Shown here: piece after piece, positions 145,391 to 157,695 of the stretch
Layout: each line of letters opens with the position of its first letter
How positions within the stretch are numbered: the stretch's first letter is position 1
From: Rhodosorus marinus CCMP1338
Taxonomy: Eukaryota; Plantae; Rhodophyta
DNA length: 248,000 bases
NCBI GenBank assembly: GCA_029953675.1
Contig: JAMWBK010000004.1
Location: 1,012,001-1,260,000 of the forward strand
Direction of reading: 5' to 3'
Translations under genes and position numbers: made by a program
Notes under the pieces: generated by a model
What the model was told of the DNA's origin: nothing
Databases searched by the model: none
What the model saw: the letters and a program-made list of their open reading frames with translations, nothing else

Positions 145391-146275
145391 CTACCAGTGT
145401 GGTGGCCCGTGGCGCTCGTTGGAGCACTTTAGAGGCGCAGAGCACTTGTAGTAGAAGTCCCACTTCGGGCAGACGTCGCCGGATGGGTATCCCCAGTATT
145501 CGGTGGTGTCGTAGTAGCACTTGTAGTACTTGTAGTACTTCCCATGGTAGTTGTAACTGGGGTAGTGCTTGCCGTGGCCGCCATACTTCCTGCTTGCGAG
145601 CTTGCCGGAGTACTTGTGGTACTTGTGGTGCTTATAATAGTAGTACTTCTTGCCGTACTTGTCGTAGTAGTACCTGTCGTAGCCGTAGTAGCCGTACTTG
145701 TCATGCTTGTACTTCTTGTAGTAATCATAGTACTTGTAGTACTTGTCGTAGACGCCATATTTGTCGTGGTAGTCGTAGTAGTACTTGCAGACGTATTTCT
145801 TCACGTCTACCTTGAAATAGAGACAGATATCCGAGTTGCAGCACCCGGTATCGCCATATGCGTAGAAGGTATCCAGACAGACGTAGAGTGTGTGCCCGTA
145901 GTAACCCTTGACGGTGTACGGTTTCTCGACCGGTTTCGAGCAATCCGAGCTGGCGCCAGCGTACAATCCCGTGAATTTGTACTTGTCGGCAGCGTAGAAC
146001 TTGAAGGCAATACAAGTCTTGTGCTTGTACCACACAATAGAGACGCACACGTAGCCAACCTTGGTCGTGCCGTCAATGTAGAGCTCGTAGCACTTCTTAT
146101 TCTTGTAATCATACAGGAATACGTATTTGTACATGTCTGCATAGTAGCTGCAGAGATGCTTCTTCGGAGGAGGGGGACCACCCGCCCTCAATGATACGTT
146201 CTCAGTCAAACTTGCGTCCTGGGCAAAAGCCATGCCCAGGACTGCCAGAACCGCAACAATCGCCACTGCCTTCAT
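145391..146275 (-). CDS. Secreted Tyr/Lys/His-rich protein containing the shared Cys domain
   Basis: Signal peptide; CYELYIDGTTKVGYVC..CIAFKF..GCC; low-complexity YDKYYKY region. Confidence 0.8.
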   Translation of the reverse strand: MKAVAIVAVLAVLGMAFAQDASLTENVSLRAGGPPPPKKHLCSYYADMYKYVFLYDYKNKKCYELYIDGTTKVGYVCVSIVWYKHKTCIAFKFYAADKYKFTGLYAGASSDCSKPVEKPYTVKGYYGHTLYVCLDTFYAYGDTGCCNSDICLYFKVDVKKYVCKYYYDYHDKYGVYDKYYKYYDYYKKYKHDKYGYYGYDRYYYDKYGKKYYYYKHHKYHKYSGKLASRKYGGHGKHYPSYNYHGKYYKYYKCYYDTTEYWGYPSGDVCPKWDFYYKCSAPLKCSNERHGPPHW

Positions 146276-149200
146276 TGTGCCTTGCGTACCATCCACTTGG
146301 TTTTCACCCGCACTGACCAAGTCTCCTATCGAACTCCACTAGCTCTGCCGCTGTTCGCGTCGTTTATATAGCGTTCGTCTAGGCCTCCCGCGGCTCAATG
146401 GCTAGTCGCGTCTATAGACTTGTATCCTTGCTGCTGATATTTTTGCCGCTTCACAACCTGTTTTCGACGCTGCAGTTCCTCGAAAAAGGCCTCATCTCCG
146501 ATCGCCAAGGGTATGAATTTTTCCGGAGTAAGTCCTCCTGCATCCAGCTCGGTGAGGAAGTTTGTCACCTCGCGCTAGGGAAGAGAAGGGGGGTAGGAGG
146601 GCCCTGGGGTTTGAGGTTGACGGATCGTTTGATATCTCAATCGGCTGAAGAGGATTGGCCAGTTAGACTTGTCCTATCGTGAACCTCCGAGCTGCACGCT
146701 ATCAACTTGGCCCTGTCTATGGTTTACTTGAAAGGATATGACCATACTCAATAGACTTGGAAATTTGGCTTTGGAGGTTCCCTGCTCATGTGTTGTGGTG
146801 GGAATTCCGGACGGGCTGGAGAAGTGGAGGACCACGTAGGCGCGTGAACAAAGAAGAGAACGAAAGCATTTTAATCAAATTTGCAGGATTTTGTTTCGAT
146901 TTTCATGTGCATAGATCCCGTCTCTTTATGGCAGTCCTTAACGTGTTGCTGGGCGTGAACAGGAATAAGAGCCCCTTTTTTGACGTCGTCCAGCTCAAAA
147001 AAGTTTCCTCAATAAGAGCCCCTTTTTTTGACGTCGTCCAGCTCGAAAAAGTTTCCTCTAGAAATTGATGGCGAAACAGCCCCGAGTTTGTCCCCGTCTT
147101 GCCGTACGCACTCGTGGCGTGGATAGGTCAACTCCGTGTGTCGACAGATGCCGGTGTCTATTCATGGCAGACGTTTCACTTCTAGAGCATCCTGTTCAGT
147201 GCATTTTTTTGTTTCGTTTTTGTTTTCGCCGGAGGATGCGGCAGAATATGCTTCACAAAGTCAGTACGTAAGTGAACATGAACAGCTCCAACACAAGGAC
147301 ATGGACTTGTCAGACAGCATATTTCTACGCTCTGTCAGAGGAGCCCCAAAACGGCAGTTGTTATTGGGAGGCCTCAACCCTCAGCTTCAGTGGTTTGAAG
147401 AAACTGACAAGGAAAAAGCGAATGCACAGTCGATCTTCAATGAGATGAGGTGAGGGGTTGTGGGAAGTGAATGAGGTGGATATAGGAGTGTGCTATTGTG
147501 GCAATAGCGGTAGGTCATTCTCCCCATTTAGCGCTCCAAAAAGCGTGGATAGAGGAGGACCGATTGGGGCTTCTTTGTCCAGCGTCCTGACCGACCGCTG
147601 TCGAGCATGTAGACGTTAAACCCATTAGATTGCTTTTGGTAGGGACAAGTGGCCTCCTGAGACTTTCAAAGCGTCATACCAAAGCTCACATGATGCTCGA
147701 AAGCTCGCAGAAACCGGCTCTGGGTTTCAGCCGACAAAGTCGTAGGGCAACCGCAGGAGACATCCCAAAATCAATTTTTAGCCGCATGAGAGCACGAGCG
147801 TCAACAATTAGCGCTCTTTTTATCAAGTATCCCTCGCAGTGGAGTGTTAAGGAAGTCCATCCCTTGCGATCCCTGTAGCCAACCGTTTGATTCGTCGAAC
147901 AATTCCGGATAATCTATAGAGATATCTTACCACATGCGAGCATGGAAGTCCATCCGAGGCGATCCATGTAGCCAACCGTTTAATTCGTCGAACAATTCCG
148001 GATCTAGAGAGATAGCTTACCACATTTACGAAGGGCTCTGCACACCTCGCCTTTCATTTGCAGTGGTTTCCGGAAGGTTTTCCACGAGCCAAAATATCGA
148101 TGCTCAACAAGTAAGATACAAGCTACCCCATGTCGGACTTTCATGATTTTCAACGGTCCTGGAGTGTTAAATCCGAAGGAGCCCCGATGACGCGGTTGTT
148201 TTGTGTTAGATTCGTTCTTTATAACCGTAGAGAAGAGCCCAGACTGAACTGTTCAAGAAAGGGGCGAGAACCCTCAACCCTGTCGTGACGAGAAAACCTC
148301 CAAACCGAAAGTTATAGTGGCTAGGGAACGAAAAAGGGTGTCAACCTGCTACGTCCGTTCCACAACCAGAACATGCTTGACACGTAATTCAGTTAATAGA
148401 TTTTCAGTGGAGCTTGAGTGTAAGTCAAAATAGGGAGAGTCCCATTTCGAGGGGATAGACCTTGATCATGCTGAAGCGCTCCAGATATTCAAAAAAACTC
148501 TGTCCTTGTCTTTTTACCCCGACGACACTGGAGGGCGAGCTTTGATGAATCCACGAGAAAAACGTGAATGATTTCAACAACTCTCAAATTGAAAATGGAT
148601 TCGTTCAAGTCCCTGGAGAGGGAGTTGCGTCCACTCCCTGCTCTTATCCTCATTAGTTGCGGTCGCTGAGGAGAAAATTATTCGAGACAGTAGTGGTCGC
148701 AAATGAATTCCTCAACCTTTTGGGTAGGGGTTTTCTGCAATGCTTTGTGTTCGTAAAGCCGGCTAACGTTGAGGGAAAAACTAGATGATGATAATCATTG
148801 ATAAGGCACCGAGCCAAAAACTCCGTCCACCTTGCTCCTTGACAATTGGCCGCCCCAGGGACACACAGGAACAGGGAAGCGGTGCCGGTTCCCTGGAATG
148901 AATTGGAACAGCTTTAGGAGAAGAAATTAATTGGATCTTCCGCTTCCAACAAGGACTTTGTCGAGATACGTTCATCGCCGAATAAAAGCCTTTCACTGTA
149001 ACATCCTTTTGAGATTTTTCAATGCTTTTCATGAATATACTCAGGCTATGCTATTAAAGCCCAGCCTTTTCATCAATGAGAGAGAGTTCAACATGTTGTC
149101 TGATGAGTCGCTGCCACGCCAATTGGATGGAAAGAGGTACGGAGAGCCTAGAGAGCTACTTTGCGCAACTCAATTGGATGGAAAATGGATAACAGGAGTT

Positions 149201-152200
149201 TGAGGTCATGGACCAGTCGGCAAGGGACTGCCGTGTGAATCTTAGTTTTATGCTGACATAATCTCGTCCTGGACACACTGCTTCTCGTCCAATGGACCCA
149301 AAACCAACCAGGGGAGTCGATAGAGGTGTATCTGAATCGAGAGGTGGCCCAGAAGCAGCGTGGGCAGCGTTGAATAACAGCTGGAAACAACTTGAAGTTT
149401 TCTTTTGGTTTTCATGGAAGGAATTTTGTCGTCGATCACCGGCTAAAGAATCCCGGATCATCATCATCATCAGCTGGAAGGGATATCTGAGAAAGAAACT
149501 GCAAGGGTTAATCTTATTGAGGGCGTGGAGAGGCCTCAAGGTCTCAATACTATGCGAATTTGATTGGGCGTACAATGACTAGTTTCACAACTTGAGAGAA
149601 CGAGCTTCGACCGTTACTTTTCCTATCAAGAAGGGAACGAGCCCATGCTTAATCCTTATCTCAAACTCTATGAGTATCCTCAAAGCAACCTGAAAAACAA
149701 CCAGGAAAAGAATGTACTCGTATATTTGGCGAGCAAGACAAAGCCTTTCCTTGTCGCCAAGGAGAACAGAGGGGAGAGTCCCACCTTGGTCTTGGATTCG
149801 ATTTCCATTATTGAATCCTGTTCCGTTTGTTGATTGTTGAATTCATCATGTCCGGACAACTCGAGCGTCGATTGGTAAGATTCAGATCAAGAAGCAACCC
149901 TTATTTTCGAACTGTGAAAACAACAGTCTATTACATAACTTGGTCGTCCACCACGACTAATCTCCTCCAAAAAATTACATTTCCAGCCCCAATGACTATC
150001 CGCCAAACTCCCTTTTCTCAACCTGCATGCTCGCTTGACGCCACGCGCAAGTGTTGCCAAATGATGATAACCAAAAGAGGATTCCAAACACTGCCAACAT
150101 CATTCCGTTCAGTCCACTCCGAACTCATCCTACCATTTCTATTGGATACGATGGCAATTTCATATCGAATATTATCCAATGTACATACGCAGTTGCTACT
150201 AGTCTAGTCAACAACTCAACTCTTCCAGTCAATTTGTGTCAGCTCTGTTCATCTCCGATTAAAAAAAAAAATGACTGATATTTTGATTGGGACGGAGATG
150301 CGGGAGCGTGGACTTCATAGGAACCTCCAAGCTGATGGCAGTATCTGAAGATGCTGATTCGAAGAAGATATGCCATCCAATGGTCCTGTTCGAACCAGCT
150401 TCCGCATAACCTACTTGTTCAATCGGATACGATGATAAAGTCCAGTGCTAAGATTCTAAAAGCATTTTGGAGCGGGAGCTTTGGTTGTTGACCAGGGTAC
150501 CCAACGATCCTTTATGTAACTTGGGTCCCTTGGGGAGCTGAAGAGAACCAACGGATTCGTTGCGACTCCCTATATTGCGAGTACTTCAAGAATACCACTG
150601 TCGGAGTATTCCGACGAGCAGACGCCGCACACTGGATGCCTTCACTCGGCCTGGACAAGCACCTCGTCAACCCACCAACAATCTTTCCAAAACCCTTGAA
150701 TTTATCCTCGTCAAATAGATATCCAGCTCATCTATCGCTTCTCCCCTCACCCTCTACTAGCCTTCTACTACAAGGCCTTCTACTACCCCAACTCGAACTC
150801 CGCATAACATTTCTGCGGAGTTCGAGTTGGGCTACACATTACGATGAGAGATTTTCATCGTCATCACCACCCAAAAATTATTCGACAGCTGTCCATCTCA
150901 AGAAACTCCTAAAATACAAATCTAATTTTCAAAATCATTTTAGAAATATGTTGTGTACAATTGGACATGATTTTGACTGATGTTCTAAATTGCCCAATGT
151001 TCGTACGAGAACTGTGGAATCTCCAATCAATACACAGAATTCTCAATCAATTGCAATCAGTTCAGCCAGTGAGCAGCTCGAACAATGAAGATTGATATTT
151101 TGGTTCGAACAGATGGGGTCTCACGTGGGGTCCCACGTGGACTTTGCCGGGAAGCCGACCAGTCAATTTCAACCTGATTCAGTCAGTTCGCGTCAGATAC
151201 GTCGAGCAATTTTTTCTCAAGGCGATAGTGACTGATATCTTGATTGGTATAGCGTTGGGGAAGGTGAGGGGGGCGGGCTGAATGCAAGCGTCCTCTTAAG
151301 AAAGTAGATAGAGAAATCCTGTGCACCGTGCATGCCGATGTGTTGATCTTTGCAGAATTCGATGTCCCGTTCTGTAGTCCACTCCACGGTTGGTTATGAA
151401 CCGACAACGGGGTGAGGGCCACGGTGAAGAGCTGAAAGCGTTGTTCAAGAACGCGGGGCCTGACGCGATGTTCGGCTTGTATCTGCGTCTGATCCGGTGG
151501 CTGGAGCCCTGAGAAAGAGTTGCTGCTTTGGAATTGGCTAGGTAATCTCAGGTCTCCAACGGGAAAACTTTGCAATTAACACGCAAACTGGAAGAAAACG
151601 AGCGGACTTTCAGGAACAGCGCCGCGCTGCTCGACCAGAGCAAACAGCTGCGTTGTGACTCTGAACTTGTAAAACTACGGTCCTACGGAAGGAATCAACA
151701 GTCCCCGTAACCAATTAGTGAAGCACCACTTGCTTCACTAATTGTTCGTGAAGCCAAGACACTCAATGACCAGAGAACCGAAGATGTGCTCCAAGAAACA
151801 GGCAAGCACGGTCAGAGTTCCTGGGACTCATCATAAACGAGCTGTTTGTGGCTATGCCATTAGTCGCAGCAGTTGTGCCCTTAGGCGCTCGGGTATCTCG
151901 TTGAAGGGTACTGGGTCCAACTATACCATACCTTCTCACCCATATCTTGGCCCAGGTTTCACGGAACGGCCAACTACGGCAAGTAGCTAAACGGAAACGC
152001 AGGCAAAGCAAATTCGTTTATCGAGATCCCATAGTCTTTATTCGACAGGTACCTACTGCAGCGCATCACTGCACTTGAGTACGCACTACACTTCCCCAGA
152101 CCCCCTGCCCAGGGGTCTCCTCTCCAACAGTTCTAGAAGCTAGGTAACGGAAGCCACGGCCGATCAGCACGATCCTTCTCAATTGCATGTTGGACCGACC

Positions 152201-153337
152201 GTGCGTTGCGTTGCCATAGAGTGCTGACCTCTCGCAGGGATGGGTGTGTGTATCGCCGTCATAGAAGAGTGCGCTGGTCGCCCGGAGGAGCTCCAAGCAT
152301 GTTTGTTCCTAGTCGACCGTACGTCTCGAGAATAAACGAGACCAATCTCATATCGCGTCGCTCCATGGCAGTCACATCCCATAATGCAGGTCTTCTTCCT
152401 TGTCTGCTTCACCTCCACAGCATAACTGTTGCGCAAACTGCTCCTTTAAAGCGGTAAGGTATTGTCACTTTAACCTTTGCATGTCTGGGTTAGAATCAAC
152501 TGATCTGACCATTCTCCAGGCCAGGCTTCTGTACAAATCCATAAAGGTATAAGAACCTGTAAAACTACCACCTGGTCCAGTTGAAGAATATATTATCCGC
152601 TCTTTGTAGCACATGAATTTGAAGTGGGCATGCCGAATCTTGTAGGTGGATGGAGCAGGCTCAAACCGCCTATATATGTGAACTGATTTAGTCCACCTTC
152701 TCACTTACTGGACCAGTTCATTCAGAAACAAGCTGCTTTGAGGAGCGTGCGAGAATAAAAAACGAAACCGAGGACACGGAACCAGGAGAGCCCAAGCTTC
152801 AACAAGCAATGCGGCCGAAGGCGAACAACTGAGTTGTGACAACGGACGGCGAAGACCACGAGTCTCGGGAAGGACGTAATCAGTGGAACCGATTGGCACC
152901 CTCAATATCCATCCGACCCAGACATTTCATGACAAGGAGTACAGTACCCGTTCCAGAGCAGACACAACGCGGCCAGCGATGCCCAGAGTATCATCATCCA
153001 ACCTTCCGCTGCCCCCAGAAAGCAATGGCCATCGTCCGAACTCTATGCTCCACGCAGTCGTCGATCGGACAAAGGTCATAGACGAAAGTGGTTACCATTC
153101 AGCTCTCGAAGCTTTGAATAAGAGGAAGGGATGCGGTGGTTTTTCAAACCCAGTAGGAATTGTAATGAAGCAAAAACTGCTAAACGCTAACTCGCAAGCC
153201 TTTTAGTATTCAAAAACTCCGGCCATTTCAAACAGGGAAGGTAGCCGACAAAAGCAATAAGAATCCGGTTGGTGCCAAACATTGTTTTTTCCCTGAACAT
153301 AACCAACCGAGTGTAATGTGTGGTCCCTCCTCACTGT

Positions 153338-154345
153338 CTATGTGGAACCGAAAAATCTATAAGTGTATGTAAAGTCCTCAGTATCGAAGACGAGCGTTGC
153401 AGTAGCGTTGCTCACTGGCTCCCTCGGGCTGAAACGAACGATCAGTTCGACGGGATCTTTGCCCCTGCGGTTCATGGTGCCGCTGTCTGGTGCGACGGAA
153501 AAGGCATGGTGCGAGTCGCTCGTGAAGGCGCAGCGGTACGGTGCGAAGGTCATGTACTCATTGTCCACTCTGATTTCGGTGACCGCCGTCGAGTCAATGT
153601 TGGTCTTCAGCTCATATGTCCCGGAAGGTTCCTTCGATGGGTCAACTTTCAGGTCACCCCAATCCTGACCATCGCGTCGCTGCCCAGCTGGCTGTTTCAC
153701 ATTTCGCTTAATTATTGTCGGCTCCCACGGCTTTTCCCCAAACATTTCACCAGTCTGGCGCCCCTCCCTAGTTTGGTGCATTGCACGCTGGTTGTGCCAA
153801 TTTTCTATCTGCTGTGCTCGAACCTCGTCCATTCTATGTGTCCTTCTCTGTTCGTCGGTGATGTTCTCTATCAACTTTTCGGCGTAACCCGTAGTACGAC
153901 CAAAGTAGTTCGCTCCTGCCGAGGCCACACGCGAATCCATTGCTGACTTAACCTGCCCGATTTGCTCAGTCGGGATGTCCTCAAGGTTTTTCGACTCCAA
154001 GAAACCTCCCCGCAACATTTCCGTGGAGTTATGCTGATCCTCAAGATCCATATTTCCATCCCCAACAACACCACCACCAGAGTCACCCCCGTCAAACTCC
154101 ATATCACCACCTCCTTCCAGGAAGCTATTCATGCCCTCCTCAGCCTGCTTCATCGTGCCCCCATGGTACTTTCCGGTCTCCCGCGACCGGATATAATCCT
154201 CATATGAGGTTGGGGTCCCTTCAGCTGCCACTGTGACGAATCGACGCGACACTCGAGTCGCAGACCGAGAAGGCCGTCCATCCACAGGCGAGACAGTTGA
154301 TTTGAAAAGTGTCGCCGGGGTTTGAATAAAGAGTACCCGCTCCAT
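153338..154345 (-). CDS. Probable plastid-targeted protein of unknown function with beta-rich C-terminal domain
   Basis: S/T/R-rich transit-like N-terminus; GTMNRRGKDP..ATLVFDTE; intronless. Confidence 0.7.
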   Translation of the reverse strand: MERVLFIQTPATLFKSTVSPVDGRPSRSATRVSRRFVTVAAEGTPTSYEDYIRSRETGKYHGGTMKQAEEGMNSFLEGGGDMEFDGGDSGGGVVGDGNMDLEDQHNSTEMLRGGFLESKNLEDIPTEQIGQVKSAMDSRVASAGANYFGRTTGYAEKLIENITDEQRRTHRMDEVRAQQIENWHNQRAMHQTREGRQTGEMFGEKPWEPTIIKRNVKQPAGQRRDGQDWGDLKVDPSKEPSGTYELKTNIDSTAVTEIRVDNEYMTFAPYRCAFTSDSHHAFSVAPDSGTMNRRGKDPVELIVRFSPREPVSNATATLVFDTEDFTYTYRFFGST

Positions 154346-157300
154346 AGTATATGCACAGTCAACTATTTTCAACTCAGACACAAAAATCAAAGGTGATGTT
154401 TTCGCGAACCGCCCGTCCAAAAACCCTTAGCCCTGCCTTTACTCTTTCCAAAACAAAGGTCCACAAAACCCGTCCTCCTCCTCCTCCTCTTCCTCTTCCT
154501 TCTCGTCCTCCTCCCCAGCAAAGCAGACCCTTATTTCCTTTTATATACTCTTCCTCATCCCAAGGCTCCCAACCCCCCAAAACAACTCGTCCAAGATAAA
154601 ATTTGGTTCAAGTCAAACGCGAGTAACAATTCCTAACGAAATATATATCTGAGGTCCAAATTTTCATCAAAAAGCAAGCCCTCTTCTCCCTGCATACCAC
154701 CCCCCCTCCCTCCCTCCTCTCCTCGTCCCAGCCAGAAGATACGGGCTTGCAGGAGAGCGGATCCAATCTGCTCCTTCCACAAGGAAACACCACGGCCATA
154801 ATCTGGAGAGATATCATCTCCAGTAGTCATCATTGGGCACTGAAAAGCGATATTCAAAAGCGGCTGTTTTATTTTCAACAAGACGAAAACATATCGCTCA
154901 AAATATTCCAAAAATATTTTGCCACGTGTTTTATAAAAATACATTAGCCAATAAAAAAGCTAAAAAACGCGTCGTTCAGTCATTAACCGCGCATCAATCA
155001 TTTGTGAAGTGAATGAAGACCCCACATTTCTTTATATGCACAAAAAATAGTAAAACACGATGTAAAATTCTGTTTGGTGTCTTTTTATGCGAAAATCTAA
155101 GAAAAACAAAAAAATTCGGAGGCGGTGAGAAAAAGGGGGGGTGGGGGGTATGTGTGTGTGTTGCAGTCGTATCTGAAAAGAGGAGCCTGAAAAGTACGTG
155201 ACCGGGTACAAATTTGGCTGAACGTCAACTGTTGTGTAGTGTGCCGGCAAAATTTGAGTATTTATGAATCCACATTTGGATCTATTTTTCATAATTTCTT
155301 TCTTTTTTTGTCGCTTAGCTTCGGTTTTATGCTCGTGTTGCGTTTTCCCGCACGTTTAAGCCTCTGAGGGATACGTAATAAGGAAACGATGAGAAAAGAA
155401 AGCAATATATTAAAGAGCGCGTATGTTTTAGGTTTATCTTAGTATTTTTAACTGAGCTAGATCAACAACCTTTGCTCTAAGTCTACTTCGTATAGTCCAC
155501 CTGAGCATAACAATGCGGCAAAAACCGCAAATTCCAAACTCAGATTTCTAAAACCACACCGCACGTCTTTAATATATCCCCTCATCCTCGTATCCGTTCG
155601 TACTAATGACCAGTTTTACCATAAACCCTGCGCAGTGCTGTGGCTATTGTTTGTTGAATTTGGGATGAAAAACTTTGGATTATGAGCGTACGAGGGAACA
155701 AATTTGGCAGACTTTTAAAGATTCGCGAGGTATATAGTCAAAATCTGTGCACTGCTATCCCAATCTTCTTGGGCCGTTTGCGGCCCTTGGACTGATTTTT
155801 GCTTTAACACCGTCTTTTAGACCGTATTTTATACCGTCCAATGCCTCTTTATGAAAGCTGATCTTTCCTGCCCATGCGCTCGCAAACAAGCGACCAAGGA
155901 AGAGTTTTCTGGTTAGTATGCCAGCTTTTTATTGGTGCCGGTGGTAACTTGAGAAAACCTCTCCGGCGCCTCCGAGTGCCAGATTTCGGAATTCTTCAGT
156001 TTGATTGGCGCGAGATCTACCGGTTCGATTGGGCCTGTTTTGACGATCTGCTGGATATACCTCAATTCGACATGTTTGCGATGTCATGGTTTCCAGTTGA
156101 CTATCTGAATATCTTGCTTTTTAGGGTTTTCATGCATTTAGGAATATCGAAATTCTATAGTATTTTGCTGTTCTTTTGGGGATCCTCGCTCGGAAGTTTG
156201 ATGGGAGATTCGGCATTTCGTGCCTGGTTGGCCTCGAAATAATATAATAATAGTTGTTTTTTCGTTTGTTGGCCAGAAAAAGAACCGGAAATCCAAATTA
156301 TGGTAGAATGTCAATGACTTGTGTTTCTTTTAAGGGTTTCGGAATGAGATTTGTCCCGTATCTGCTGGGACATCCTAACCCCGCTCATGTGGCTTGCGTG
156401 CGTCAAATTGGATGTTTCATGTGACCATCATCATCATTTATTTAGAGGAAGAAGGCTTTGCTAGACCGAGAGAACTGACTTCCAACACGAGTGACCGGAT
156501 CAGCTTAATCGAAGGGGCTAAGGCCCCCAATCGAGGTACGCTAGGAAGAGTGCAGAGAGCCCACCTCCAAAATCGCGACAGCGTTGCCTGGTGATCTTGA
156601 AGCGTCAAGCTTGGAGTTCCACTGACGATCCTCCCGAGTACCTTGTACTCATACAACGGTTCATTTTCGCTTTATGGCGAATTTTCTACCAGCATGCTAG
156701 CCGAGCCTCGCCATCGACGCCTTGGCGTCCACGCCTAGATCCCGTTGCGGTATGAAATGAGATAGCCGCAGTACGACGTACTTTGATCTTGCTGTTCCTC
156801 ATCCTCAGGCCAGTGGTTCTTTGCCGGCTGTGGGAGAGCGCCGAGGATTTGCCTCTGCCAGTATGAGACGTTGCAAGGAGTTCAAATACGCGGGGGCTTT
156901 GCCTTCCCCAGGCATTCGTGCTTGGGCTCTAGCTCATCGCCTGGTACCTCTGGTCAATGAATGCTTTGGGTTTATGGATTCCGTTGGTTCTCGTTGGCTT
157001 CCGCGAACGCCCTGACCGTCTGTCCTCGTTGTTTACCCGTTTAAGTTTCTTGCTGTGGCGTATGAATACTACTTTGATGTTGGAGGAGCGCGATCTTCGC
157101 CGCGCATTGTCTTTCTTCGAGCTTCGAGGTTTCTTTCCGTATCTCTCCGATTAAACCAATTCATCCATTACGACGACTGACGAATGGTTTAATCGGAGGC
157201 TGAAAGAAAAAACTCCGAGGGGTAAAAAGACTAAGTGCGGCGAAGAACTCGCGCCTCCAACGCTTGAAATACGTATCTTGACTGAAGCACTTACTAATTT

Positions 157301-157695
157301 TCCATTATATGATATTGGTATTAGCTGTATTTCTAAAATGGATTGATTGACTTTAATTGAGTTGACCAACGCTAGAAGTTCTCGCCTCCATCACCTGTGA
157401 GCAGCTCGTCAAGAGCGTAAGGGGCGAGTCCATGGAGTGATGACTCGAGCGGTGATGCTTACGACGACAACTTCGTCGTGTAAACCCATAAGATTGATAA
157501 AATTATCCCATTCCGCTCTTGTTTTACGCCCGTTTTTCCGTAATCCAACAGTCTCCTATCGCCCAACCGCATCGGAACTGGCAGCTCACTTCAAGGGATC
157601 CCCAGAAGCTTTTTCTTTATCAGAGCTAAAAAACTTCAACCCCTCAACGAGGTATCTGCAATAACATCAGGGCATGCACGGAATCCACAGTGATC

